Origin: Octopus sinensis
Lineage: Eukaryota
Direction: 5' to 3'
Assembly: GCF_006345805.1 (NCBI RefSeq)
Contig: NC_042998.1
Coordinates: 194,494,001-194,558,000 of the forward strand
DNA length: 64,000 nt
Positions 24,227-36,476 of the stretch are shown here, in pieces; within the stretch, counting starts at the first letter, position 1, and every line of letters starts with the position of its first letter. The notes under the pieces are model-generated. The model did no database searches. It saw only the letters and a program-made list of their open reading frames with translations, and had not been told where the DNA came from. The translations under genes were made by a program, and so were the position numbers.

Positions 24227-24287
24227 TCTTTACTTTGTTCTTACTGCTCTTCTCTTCCTGGTTAAAGCAGTAAGAACAAAGTAAAGA
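24227..24287. repeat. Perfect 22-bp inverted repeat with 17-nt loop
   Basis: tctttactttgttcttactgct / agcagtaagaacaaagtaaaga. Confidence 0.9.
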
Positions 24288-24746
24288 GCAGCATCTGTAA
24301 TTCTTTAATTTTTTTATCAAAGACTCCAAGACCGACAGGAGGTAGAAAAGAAGTTATCTTCAAACTGGAGACTTGAACCAAATATTTGCCAGGGAGTGAA
24401 CTCCACTATAGGAACCCAAGGAGCAGATGGGAGTATTAAGCCAAGAGACAGGTTAAATCTACAACCCAAGAATTTAGATCACAAAGAACTAGAACAAACT
24501 CACAAAGCATCTCTTCTGATGCTCTAATAATTCCATCAATTCTGGACTGATGCTTTATTTAACCAACTCTGAAAGGATGAAAGGCAGAGATGTCTGTCAC
24601 AGAATTTGAACTGAGGGTACAGAGAGCTGGAACAAATAATGCAAGTTATTTTTTTCTATGTTTTAATGACTTCACCAATTCACTGTCTAACTCGCTGTCT
24701 GTACATCTGACAGGTCTGGAGTACTTCAAATATCTAGCAGGCTTAC

Positions 24747-24814
24747 CTGGAAAACTTTTATCCAGTGCAAAGTTGCAATGAGGAAAGTAGGATTACTTTG
24801 TTGGCAGAAGAATC
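24747..24814 (-). CDS. Tentative bridging exon candidate A (G/FFCQQSNPTFLIATLHWIKVFQ)
   Basis: Strong sites ctcttttgctag| and CAG|gtaagc; 68 nt. The only open frame is phase 1 to 0, which is what the model needs. Peptide composition is atypical for the protein. Confidence 0.4.
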
Positions 24815-24939
24815 CTAGCAAAAGAGATTATTTAAGAGTAGAAATTGGTCCAAGAGAAAACAATGGTATTTAGGGGTCAAAACAGATCCAATGTGAAAAC
24901 AGATTTTCTTACATTATGAACTATAGAACTTCATTAAAG

Positions 24940-25820
24940 TTCTATAAGAATAGTGGGGAGGAAATTCAAAGAGCTGTTACATCTGTTGGCCATGAAAGGT
25001 TTCTCTCTTCAAGTGAAAAGAAGATTGTATGATGCGTGTATACAGACAGCAATTCTACATGGTAGAAAGATGTGGGACCCGAGTGCAGAGGACATGTGAA
25101 GGTTAGAAAGGAATGAAGCTAGCATACTCCACTGGATGTGTAATGTAAGTGTACATGTTTGACAGAGTGCTAGTATTCCGAGAGAGAATTTAGGCATAAG
25201 AGAAATTGGTTGCTGTGTGCAAGAAAGAAGACTGTGCTGGTTTGATCATGTGATGAGGATAGATGCCGACGGCTCCATAAAAAGTGCTAATCTATCAAAG
25301 TAGATGGAACACATGGAAGTGGGAGACCAGGAAGACATGGGATGAAGTACTGAAGAACAACCTCAGGAAGCTGAACCTTTTAGGTGAGATGATAAAGGAC
25401 CGAGATACCTGGTGCCTTGTGGTACTCAAGAAAACCTATACTCTGCAGCAGAAGTGTTAGGACCAATCCTCCAGGTGGTTTACAACACTCAGGGTGGTGC
25501 CTCATAAAAGTACTCGTGCAGTGTCATATAAATGCACCTGTGTGGTGACAAACAAAAGCACCTGTGCAGTATCATGTAAAAGTGTCTGTATGTTTCATGT
25601 AAAAGCTCCTGTGTGGTGTCTGGTAAAAGTTCCCATGCAGTGCCACGTAAAAGCACCCAGCACACCCTGTAAAATGGTTGACGTTAAGAAGGGCATCCAG
25701 CTGTAGAAACCATGCCAAATTGGACTGGAGTCTGGTGCAGTTCCCCAGCTTGCCAGCTCTAGTCAAACCATCCAACTTATGCCAGTATGGACAACAGACG
25801 TTAAATGATGCTGATGAATG
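24940..25820 (+). mobile_element. RTE LINE 3' fragment followed by a family-D tail with ~22-bp tandem units
   Basis: KGFSLQVKRRLYDACIQTAILHG; repeated gtgycatgtaaaagcacc units at 25490-25660. Confidence 0.75.
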
Positions 25821-26004
25821 TAAGAGAATAGTGGAGCTGAATGTCTAGGGAGCATATTGGTGTATGTTAAGGTACCAGGGAAGATAGTTTCAAGTTTTTA
25901 TTGGAGATTTTGAATTAATAAAACTTACTTGAGTTGAGTCTCTCTGATCTTGAGTCAGTGATTTGGCATTTTCATTATTGTTCTCATTACTGTAATTGGG
26001 AAAC

Positions 26005-26340
26005 AATGATTAAAATATTTCGTTTTTAGATTTGGTTTGCAAGATTCTTTATATGAGTTTGTGTGTTGAAGCATATTCTGTTGTGTCTAGGGAGAGTCAT
26101 TTTCTTTTTGTGCCTTATTATGTAACAAACTCACCGGTAAAATTTCCACGTTTTTTCTTGTTTTTATTGCAACCTTTTCAATTGTTTTGACTCAAAACTA
26201 TTGAACAGGTTGCAAGACGCAATGAAAATTTTAGGAAAATAAAAATAAGGTAAAAAGTGGAAATTTTACTGGTGAGTGTGTTACATAATAAGGCACAAAA
26301 AGAAAATGACTCTACCCAGACACAACAGAATGATTAAAAT
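26005..26340. mobile_element. Foldback element flanked by 12-bp direct repeats
   Basis: Arms from 26075 to 26331; aatgattaaaat at 26005-26016 and 26329-26340. Confidence 0.75.
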
Positions 26341-26699
26341 GTTAAACCAGGATAAAGATGTTATTGAGTTAAGATGTAATAGTGTGTAGTTTTAATATGT
26401 AGTAGGAAACTATGTTTTGTTGACATATAGTATAAAACCATATATGTAGAAAATAGCATTAACATGGAGTACAGAACCATATATTTAATGAAGAGTACAG
26501 AGTTATTGCTGCATGTGATGTTAACATATTATACATAATTATTATTATGTAATGTGTAATATTGTCAGTGGCACAGAACTATATTTTCAAAGGTAAGACA
26601 GGAAAAGACAGGTAAGACAGTCTGGTAAGATCAATGAAATTTATCTTTAACTTAAATATCTATCTTAGTCAATCTTTTCTAAGTAAAATGTAGGCAAAA

Positions 26700-27300
26700 A
26701 CTGCAGTCTAGAAAAGAAGGGCAAGGAAAATGTTTTGTGCTCGGCCTAACTCATATGTCACAACTAAAGTGATAATAAGAGAGGGTCTTGGGAAAGAGAA
26801 GGTATTCAGTCAGCTAGTTTCTTTTTTTTGTTTCCTTCCCTTTTTCATTTACTCTTTTTTCCTCCCATTTTCTCTTCCTGTTTTTGATTTGACCTATCTC
26901 TTCTTTCTAATCATACATATCTCTCCTCCCTCTATCTATCCATTAATATTACCAACACATTCCCAAATTTTAATTCACACTAAAATTCCCATTGATCGAG
27001 TAACACTGTTTACAAGGCTTGGAATGACCACATATAACTACCATTGGAACTCATACACCAGGTACAAGAAACTTCTCCACCACTTATATACTACACCATT
27101 CTACTTGAATAATGGAACTGCAAATACAATCTCTTTATGTATCTCACTTCCACTTTCATTCTCTTACTTCCTTCTGTATTTCATATCTTCTCTACAATAA
27201 TTAATACTCAAACATTTTCTTGCACCGTCTTTGATGAAGGGATATATAAAGTATCCCAGAAACAGCTGTAAAACTTTTTCTTTAAAAATGTTCTGAAAAC
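26700..27300 (+). mobile_element. Probable Penelope-like 3' region ending in a degenerate hammerhead motif
   Basis: Pyrimidine-rich tail and tgatgaagggata…tatcccagaaacagctgta terminus. Confidence 0.45.
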
Positions 27301-27557
27301 TATTTACAGCCTTGGATTTTTTATCTCGTTCTGTTAATTTATATATATATATTCAATATGTGATCACATGTGTATCGTTGAGGATTTTTTTCCTCCGTCT
27401 TCCCTTCCTTGGATCTTTCCTTTTTCTATGTTTCTGACAAAGAGCTCCGCTCAAAATGTTAAACCCTCCTTCTTTCCTGTGAGCGTCCAATAACTCTATA
27501 CTTATTCCACATCCTCGCGTTGTTGTGTTTTCTCTTTCTGTTCTCATGTTTGGATTA

Positions 27558-27589
<32 letters not shown>

Positions 27590-27763
27590 GGAAAAAAGCA
27601 ACAAGAATGGGTTAAAATATCGGTACAATTGTTGCTTTTTTCCTATTTGTAATCACCCCACTTGTCGTATGGTTAACACCATATAGATTTCTGGTGCATC
27701 CTAGTTAAGGACCATATTCATGTGAATTCATTAGAACTCACTTGAATCTCAATTACTTAAACC

Positions 27764-27830
<67 letters not shown>

Positions 27831-28316
27831 GCATGTAAAAATATATATGATGGTTTTTTTTCCAGTTTCTCTCTATCAAGTCCACTTATAAGGTTTTAGT
27901 CAGCTCAAGGCTATAGTAGAAGACACCACTAGAACATCTGGAACTATGTGGTTGGGAAGCAAACCTCTTATCACACACCCACACTTGATTTCTAAAAAGA
28001 TTTGACCAATGGAGAGAGTATTTTTGATCTCTTCTTAAGACCCGAATTTAGTCATGTGGCCCCAGAATTTTCTTGACCATTTCAAACATAGAGCAAAAAG
28101 AAGAAACCAGCAATTTGTATGTGTGCGCGTGCATGATTAAAAAAGTTTCATCCATTCATTCATACCAAGGCTTCAAAATTTAATTTTAAATATTTAAGAT
28201 TATTTAAGAAAGGTTACATAAAAAAGTAAATTAGCACCTAAATTATTTATTCGCATAAAGCTTCAATTCATTTAAAAAGATTATGACCCAGTAGAATTTC
28301 TCATGCTTTCAACCAC

Positions 28317-28369
28317 CTCCAGGTTGGCAAAAGGGTCAATTAGTTCAGTTTTCTTTCTACTTTCCCCAA
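28317..28369 (-). CDS. Tentative bridging exon candidate B (V/GESRKKTELIDPFANLE)
   Basis: 53 nt, phase 1 to 0, charged peptide. Weaker sites (gtttcaaag| and GAG|gtggtt). Confidence 0.3.
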
Positions 28370-28455
28370 CTTTGAAACATAAGAAGAATATTATCCTTCT
28401 TGGAAAAGAAATCAATGCTTAAGCTGAAAATCAAAACCGAAGTGGGCAGCAAGGA

Positions 28456-28459
<4 letters not shown>

Positions 28460-28501
<42 letters not shown>

Positions 28502-28730
28502 TGTGTACAGTGCTCAGGTGCACTACAACTCATCTAAAGTGTATATATAATCAGGAGTAGTTTCGGCGGATTTCGGAAAGCATGAGGGCCTTAAAGGATG
28601 CAGTGTCATGGCAGTCAACAACTGACGCAGGCAGTTTATTCCATGCTTCAGCAACTCTGAGCGTGAAAAAATGTTTCCGAAAGTCATGGGAGCTGTGCTG
28701 TTTTCTGACTTTGTAGGCATGTCCACATGT
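28460..28730 (-). mobile_element. CR1/L2 3' fragment with long (ATT)n tail
   Basis: GHAYKVRKQHSSHDFRKHFFTLRVAEAWNKLP. Confidence 0.85.
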
Positions 28731-28744
28731 CATCGTTATTTTGA

Positions 28745-29330
28745 TTGAAAGTATTATGAATAGTCTGAGTGGATGACGAGATGATCCATTCTGAACAAAT
28801 GTTTCTGTTTCCCATGTCTGTTAGTTTGTCAGTATAAGAACACATTTTTTCAGCTTTGAAGTGATATTGAAAATAAATATCACTTTCAAGTGATATTCAA
28901 AACAAAATCACCTTCACTCGTATAGCTGTTACAAGTGAAGGTGTAATTAAGCCAATGATAAAAAAAAACAAAAAAACAGCATTTGTTGCTGTTATGTTTG
29001 GTGAAACTACAAACCTTCGAATCAAATCTTAACTGTCACACATTTTGCAATTTGTTGATGAGAATGAAAGGCTTCATGAAAGGTTTAGGGGATAAGTTGA
29101 TGTCAGTAAAGACAGAAAAGCTTCACTGACAGAAGTTGTACATTGTTATACACATCCACTTAATTTGGTTCTCTCTCAAGCAGCTTCAAGAGTTCGTGAA
29201 TGTTGAATTTTCTTCCAAACTTTAAAAAGAATTTCGACTTTTTCTCAAAGTTGATGGCTTGAATAGCCCCTGCTGGGTGAAATCGTTGGAAGGTGATTTC
29301 TAAAGTTATATACACGTTACTCATGTCTTA
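28745..29330 (+). pseudogene. hAT transposase remnant (ZMYM1/Tip100-like), internally deleted
   Basis: NKCFCFPCL (TTF-type zinc finger), FVAVMFGETT (DETT motif), ERFRG*VDVS and VHCYTHPLNLVLSQ (CxxH motif), with stops. Confidence 0.8.
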
Positions 29331-29617
29331 TTAACTACTTCAAAACGGTGCATCATAGGGAGGAAACTATTTTCATTTTCAGACTCACCATATTTCAAAG
29401 CATATAATACTACACTCTTCATGAAAATGGGGAGGGTGGAACATTTGGTGGTGGGACTGCTTACCCTAGTTTCCTAGTCACCCTTCACCACTGGTATATA
29501 GTAAGTAATAATATAATGTATTACAGAACTATGTATCTTCTTCAAGCAGCCGCAACCAAGACGTACCTTACAATGCTTCACCTGAAATCTATCCACCATT
29601 AAGCTTTGAAGATACTC

Positions 29618-30862
29618 ATGTGGTGCATTCCAGAAGTTTTGAAACTTTTTCAGAAGAGACATTTATCAATTTCAAGGAAGTACAAAACTCTAATCTTCTT
29701 CAGAGTAGGATCCTCTGACTTCAGTGCCCTTCTTGTAGTACCCCAGCCACTTTGTGAAGGTCCTATGGAAGTCCTCCAAAGTGAAGGTGTTCAGGACCCT
29801 TGTCACAGCCTCCTTCATTTTCTCAATGTCTTCAAAACAACTGCACCTAAGGTTCTCCTTCAGCTTGGGGAACAACCAAAAGTCACAGGGAGCAAGGTCT
29901 GGACTGTTGGAATGGTGAGGGACAGTTTGGATGCCTATCTCTGTCTGGTTACCAAGATGGAATTGCAGACTGGTGTGTTGTCCTTGAGCAGGTTCTGCCA
30001 ACCCAAGTGAAAGAGTTCTGGGCTTTCATGTGAATATCTCTACCAAAATTCCCTTAAAATCTCCACAAAGTACTCTCTGTTGACTATCTGACAGAGGGAG
30101 CACAGTGGACGAAGATGATGCCTCTGCTGTTGAAAAAGGCATCATGAGCTTCCCAGTGGACTTGCTTTGGGTCTGGGGGAGCCAAGATGCTTCCAGTGGG
30201 CACTCGGCCTCTTGGTTTCTAGATCATAATAGTAGATCCAGTTTTGTCACAGATCACTTGAGACTCAAGTACTTTTGGATTGGAGGCAATCAGCTCAACC
30301 ATCTCCTTGCTGTTATCAACATGTCCTTTCTTCTGTTCAACCCTGAGCAGCCTGGGAACAAATTTTGCACGTTTTGACCTTCACGAATAATTCTGTGTAC
30401 AGTTTCCACACCAGTTCCAAACTGTATGCTTATTGTCTTTACAGACACATGACAATCTTCATCCAGGAAGCTGCAAGTTTTCTCAACCAGCTCTGGATGT
30501 TCTGACACTCCCCTTCCTCCTACACTTCTTATTATCTCTCACCTCTTCTCTACTATCCTTGAACCTCCTGTGCCAGTGAAAAACAGATTCTTGGCTCATA
30601 CAAGTTAATTTATAAGGAGGCTGGAGCATTTCATAAGTTTCTGTAGCATTTTTGCCCAGTTTAACACAAAACTTAATTGCACAGGGAGCTTCCAAATTGT
30701 CTTTACATCCATTTTGCAAGCTAGTCAGCTGTGATAAGCAGTGTTTAGTAGGGTGAGTTCAAAGTGTGTTAAAATAGTATGTGTTAAAATTACAATAATC
30801 AAGGACAGTTATAACTGCCTTTCCTAAAATAAAGTCTCAAAACTTCTGGAATGCATTTGTAC
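29618..30862 (-). mobile_element. Full-length decayed mariner transposon
   Basis: TIRs tgcattccagaagttttgaRacttt at both ends; AIKFCVKLGKNATETYEML HTH and SPDLAPCDFWLFPKLK motif; frameshifted. Confidence 0.9.
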
Positions 30863-30904
30863 ATGTTTTTACTAATAACATCAATATAGTTGAATCAAAT
30901 TCGA

Positions 30905-31330
30905 TGACTGGTGTCCGTGCTAGCGGGGTGCAAAGAGCACCATACGAGTGTGATCATTGACAGAGCAGCTAACCGGCTTCTGTGCCAGTGACACTTAAAA
31001 GGCACCATTCGAGCGTGATCGTTACCAGCGTCGCCTTACTGGCACTTGAGCCCCGTGCTAGTAGGGTATTAAGAGCACCATCCGAGCATGATCATTGCAA
31101 GAGCAGCTATCTGGTGTTGCCAGTACCGCCTGAGTGGCTCCCGTGCTGGTGGCATGTAAAAGCACCCACTACACTCTCGGAGTGGTTGGCATTAGGAAGG
31201 GCATCCAGCTGTAGAAACTCTGCCAGATCAAGATTGAAGCCTGGTGCAACCATCTGGTTCGCCAGCCCTCAGTCAATCGTCCAACCCATGCTAGCATGGA
31301 AAGCGGATGTTAAACGATGATGATGATGAT
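30905..31330 (+). mobile_element. Family-D element with an alternative 5' part
   Basis: 3' half matches family D; GC-rich 5' half differs. Confidence 0.75.
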
Positions 31331-32060
31331 AGTTGAAAGGTCTTCATCTCCTGTTAGAGAGTGGAAGTCTCCAAAATATAACATCTGATACAGCTTGTTG
31401 TTTGGCACAGTGGCAATGACTAGTTAAGTCAACCCTGCATTGAGCACTAATAGATGGGAGGAATGTGCCCACAAATCTACTTTGTGGTCTTGTACTCACA
31501 CCATGACATGTTTTGAGCCCTTGTGAGAAACAAGACTATCTTGAACATTGAAGCTCCTTTTTCATAGTTCAGACTTTGGCTCCAAAGAGAAGAATGCTCT
31601 CTACGCATACCCTCAAGAAAGCATTCCTTGTTGACTTTGAAATACACTTGATTGCCATGTTTTGAAGCTTTTCACAGGCTCTCCAGTCAGCAACATAGAA
31701 CCCAAGACATTTCAAGTCACTGACCTCCTTGAGTGGTGAGTCATTAACTTCCATTAACTTTCACCTTCATTAATAATCATTTATTCAGTCTTCTTAGCAT
31801 TGAGAAGCAGAATGATTTGGACTGTAGCATTCTCAAGGGATGTTTGCAAGTCTTCTGCATCCCATTTCTGATGAGCGGTGAAGTCAAGGTCAGAGAGATA
31901 CAGGCTCTGCTAATGTCTTCATCATGTATGTTTGATGGTGAAGCCCTTATCCTGGATGGGATAAAAGATTTTGCCACAGGATTTATCCCACAACAATCAC
32001 AAAGAAGAAAGGAGCTAAGGTGTCTCTGTGAAGGATTCCTGCTGTTGTTGAAAACTCTTT
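31330..32060 (-). mobile_element. Decayed RTE-like LINE fragment
   Basis: LKEVSDLKCLG…RVCVESILLFGAKVW resembles DFKYLG…RACVESILLYGSETW. Confidence 0.65.
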
Positions 32061-32574
32061 AGTTGGACCATCTGTGCTGTATAGAGTATGTAGTGATATA
32101 ATATATCACTACATATTGTATGCATGGTTCTGCAAATCATTTTATCACTATGCACTGTATCATGATGAAGTGATAGGATAAAGGATACAGACCCCCTTCA
32201 GTCATGAATGACCATGGTATTGCACCTAGAATGTCTGAGCAAGGTTGTTTATCGAAGACCAGCAGCCACTCATGCATACCAGCCTCATCCTCTCCATGGT
32301 ACTGATGCTATCCAAGGGAAAGGCAAATGCTGATACAGCTTGGTACCAGTGACATCACAAGTCATTTCTACAGCTGAGTGAACTGGAGCAACATGAAATA
32401 AAGTATCTTGCTCAAGAACACAACACACAGCCCAGTCCTGTATTTGAACTCACTACCTCATAATTGTGAGCCCAACGCTTTAACCACTAAGCCATGTGCC
32501 TTCACAAATGAAGTGATAACAGTGTATCATTATATAGCATATAATGTATCATTACACATTGTATACATAGAGCT

Positions 32575-32975
32575 GTCATCATCATCATCATCGATTAACG
32601 TCTGTTTCCATGCTAGCATGGGTTGGACAGTTCGACCAGGGTCTGGGAAGCCAGGAGGCTGCACCAGGCTCCAGTCTGATCTGGCAGAGTTTCTACAGCT
32701 GGATGCTCTTCCTAACGCCAACCACTCTGTGAGTGTAGTGGATGCTCTTCCTAACGCCAACCACTGTGAGTGTAGTGGGTGCCAAGGGAAGCTGGCAGCA
32801 GCCACGATTGGTTAGTGCTTTTTACATGCCACCGGCACAGAAGCCAGTCAAGGCGGCGCTGGCATCGGCCATGTTCGGATGGTGCTTTTTACATGCCACC
32901 GGCACAGGTGCCAAGGGAGGCTGGCATCTGCCATGTTCGGATGGTGCTTTTTACATGCCACCGGCACAGGTATCA
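32575..32975 (-). mobile_element. SINE family D with several internal units
   Basis: Repeated ggtgctttttacatgccaccggcaca. Confidence 0.85.
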
Positions 32976-33563
32976 CGGAAATTTTGCAAGGGTTTAATAA
33001 AGTAATTCTGATATTTTCTTATTTATTAGGATATTAAGCTGATTTTATGTTGTATTCCCAAAACAATAGCTAAAACAATGGCGGAACATTTTGATGGTTA
33101 CTTTGATCTAAATACGATCACTTTATCAGTTTTGATAAGGTTAGTATGATGTATCCAGGGTTTGTCAGGAGTAGGTGGGTATCGAAAGGATTAAATATAT
33201 GCACGTCATGTAAAAATGATGTTTCCTGTATATAGGATCAAGTGGAAAAAATACTTGCATACATACATCAGAGAAATCTCCTTTCCTCCCACACTGTCAG
33301 CTTGCACAGGTTCTATAAAAACAAAATGAGGGATCAAATGAGATAATAACTAATGTGTATAACAACTAAACTTATTTCACATCTCATGGTCCCTAATCTT
33401 ATTTATATCAAGGCTGAATTGTTAACCTCCTTTGATAAATCCTGAGAAATTAAAACAGACACCTTGGACTATGTTTATAGAAACTATTATAATTAAATAC
33501 CAACCTAACTGCACATTAGAAATTATGATTCAACATGAAACTAATTAACTGTAGACAGATGCA

Positions 33564-33607
<44 letters not shown>

Positions 33608-34329
33608 CACTACTGCTGCAGCACCTCCTAGTTAAACATACATACACACATGTGTGTGTGTGTGTGTTATATCATCATCATCATCATTTAACTTCCATCT
33701 TCCATGCTGGAATGGGTTAAATGGTTCGACTGGATCCAGCTAGCCAGAGAACTGTGGTGAGTTTCATTGTCTGCTTTGTCATGGTTTCTAAGGCCCTTCC
33801 TAATGTCAATTACTTTACAGAGTGTACTAGGTGGTTTTTTTACCATGGTCCTAACACTAGCGAGGTTGCCAACTAACTCACAAGGAAAAAACACACCCTT
33901 AACTGAGTGGAGTTGTAGTAGAGAGGGAAGTGGCTTTATGCCAGATGTTGAAAGGCTAAAGTATGATAGAAGGACAAGGTATTTTGTTGCAAGGAAGATA
34001 CATGGCTATCCCACATCATTGAGGAAGGGAGATAAATGGTGATGATGATGTGCCAGAGCATACCATCAAAATACAAGAAGGTGCAACTTTGTACATGGCT
34101 TGTACAGCCCTCACAGAGCATCCACTTACGCCCAGTTCTCTAAGTGATCATTAGATTACTGAACACAGTACCCTATCAAATGCTTCCTCCAAGTCAACAA
34201 ATGTCAGGAATAGTGGTTTACTCTGAGACAAATATTTCTCCTGCAACTGAGCCAAATTGCATCTCACCTACATCTACCCCATCACAAATTTATTGTGCTC
34301 TAAGTCTTTCTGTGACCTTCATAACCTGA

Positions 34330-35380
34330 TTCCAGAAGTTTGAATCCTCAATAATTTCTTCGCTGGCATTTCCTTTGCCTTTGTAGCAGTTTATGATGAT
34401 ACTGCTATGCCAGTCATTGGCTATGACTGTTTGTGTAATTTGATGGTAATCATGTATAATCATCAGATATTTTGAGCATCTCTACAACTATCCTTCACGT
34501 GTCTTTGATTCGCTTTATCTTCCATACTGTTATCAACTTGAATTGCCAGTCCCTCTGTAGGGTCAACATGAAGTGGCCCCTTTTTATCCCACGCATTTGC
34601 TACATTTAGTGGCTTCTCAGTATGTCTTCATCATTCTGAATTCACTTCTTGCCAATGACATCTTGGTTCTCTCTCACTGTCTCATAATCCAGAACATCTC
34701 ATGCCTCTCATCTTCATGTTGCAAGACATATGCAAATCTCTTCATTTCAGCCTCACCCTTAGATAAGTATACCTATTGTCTAGCTCCCTACTTAGCTATT
34801 TAGTAATGATATTAACTACCACCATCCCTCCAAGTTTTCTTAGCCTCTCATAACCTTTACCACCTTATCAGCCGAATCATTCTACCACTATGTTACTTTT
34901 GGCTAGGTAGAGACTTTGCTCCTACTACATGTCTGATCTGTAGCCCCAAGTTGATTATCTCATTGAAACTCCCAGTTTTCATCTTAATCTTTCTCATATA
35001 AGTCAATCAGGATTTTTATAAATCTGTTTCCCAATTTTTTTTTTAGTTCCATTTTCCATGTCATCTTTCATTTCTGTATCTGTCTAGCTCTGACTCTGAA
35101 GTCATTAGCCACTGATCTAAGTTGCACAGTGTTTTTTTCACCAGGAAAGATTTTTATAGTTTACAATAGCTTTTGTGTTCCATTTCCTAGTGAGAATGTG
35201 ATCTGTCTAACTTCTGTATTTTCCAGATTGATAGGTGATGAGGAGGTTGGATGGTTTCCTGAAGTGTGTGTTGCAAATTGTTAGATCAGTTGCATTACAG
35301 AACTCCAGAAGTCTTAGACTCTGCTCATTTCTTGAACCATATCCATAGTTTTCATCTATGGTCATGAAAACCATCAACAT
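34330..35380 (-). mobile_element. RTE LINE remnant (endonuclease C-terminus to RT start)
   Basis: YGYGSRNEQSLRLLEFCNATDLTICNTHFRKPSNLLITYQSG; WHSSIIINCYKGKG. Confidence 0.75.
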
Positions 35381-35384
35381 AATA

Positions 35385-35925
35385 ATAATAATGAAATTAT
35401 TGTATACAGTGCTCAAGTGCACCACAACTTGTCAAAAAGTGCATATAAAGTATATGCAGTAACGTACAAATGTCTGGAAAGTGAACAGTGTATGAGTCAG
35501 ATACATGCTTGCGTGTGTATGGAGGGGAGAAAATCAGGTGTAGTGTTGGCAAATCTCAGGAAGCATGGAAGTTTTGAAGGATGCAGTGCTCCGACAACTA
35601 ACAACTGATGCCGGCAGTTTGTTCCATGCTTCAGCAACTCTTAGTGTGAAAAAATGTTTCCGAAAGTCATGGGAGCTGTACTGTTTTCTGACTTTGTAAA
35701 CATGTCCACGGGTGTTAGACGGGTGGAGTTTGAAAAGGTGCTCAGAGTTATTGTTTGTAAGATGGTTAATAATTTTATGGGTGTCTGCCAAGTCAGCTGC
35801 CAGACGTCGGAGTTTCAATGTATCCATGCCCAGGGAAGTAAGGCGTTCAGAATATGGCAAATGCCTGATGGAGGGTATTCTCTTGGTTGCACGTCGCTGA
35901 ACAGCTTAGGCCAACATGTCCATTG
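35385..35925 (-). mobile_element. CR1/L2 3' fragment
   Basis: MPYSERLTSLGMDTLKLRRL…AWNKLP. Confidence 0.88.
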
Positions 35926-35929
35926 AAGT

Positions 35930-36290
35930 CATCAGTCATGAAGATGAAGTCACTGTTGATCATCAATGAAGTAGTTTGCAGATAAGTCACATGTTCTTTT
36001 GTCAGACCTGCTTGTGGGGCATTCTTATCTTAATTATCCTGTTGCATACCCTGGCTACCTCAATCACTTTTTCTATCCATTTCTTAGCTAATAATATACC
36101 TACTCCACTCCTGCTGTTACTATTACTCACTCAGAAGAATCTGTATTGCTGTCTCTTGCTTGGTTGAAGATCACACAACCCACATCCACTTGTCTCCACT
36201 CCAGCATTTTCACAATCTCAACAGACCTATCTTCCATTATGCCTATATTTATGGTTGCCGCCCTAAAGTTTTGGAACCTACATTGAATTA
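35930..36290 (-). mobile_element. RTE endonuclease N-terminal fragment
   Basis: ATINIGIMEDRSVEIVKMLEWRQVDVGCV resembles TLNVGT…EIVEMLERRRVDVCC. Confidence 0.65.
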
Positions 36291-36476
36291 AATAGATAAA
36301 AATCTTTAAAACAATATCAACATCTCCACCAGGTGTACATATATATATATATATATATACATGCACAACATCCTTATAAAATTGTACATAACATTCTAAA
36401 AGAAACTTAATTCTTGAAATCCCTAAATACATTTTACAAATTTAAATTGACATAAACGAAAATGTTAGCATCAAAC

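Noticed and set aside
24081-24329. 82-aa ORF as a CCDC181 exon
   Set aside because: The acceptor is plausible but there is no convincing in-phase donor, and the ORF runs into a TA microsatellite.
33078-33145. aaacaATGGCGGAA…AG|gttagt as a plus-strand first exon
   Set aside because: Lies ~50 bp from a piggyBac-like tcgaaaggattaa end, so it is more likely transposon terminal sequence.
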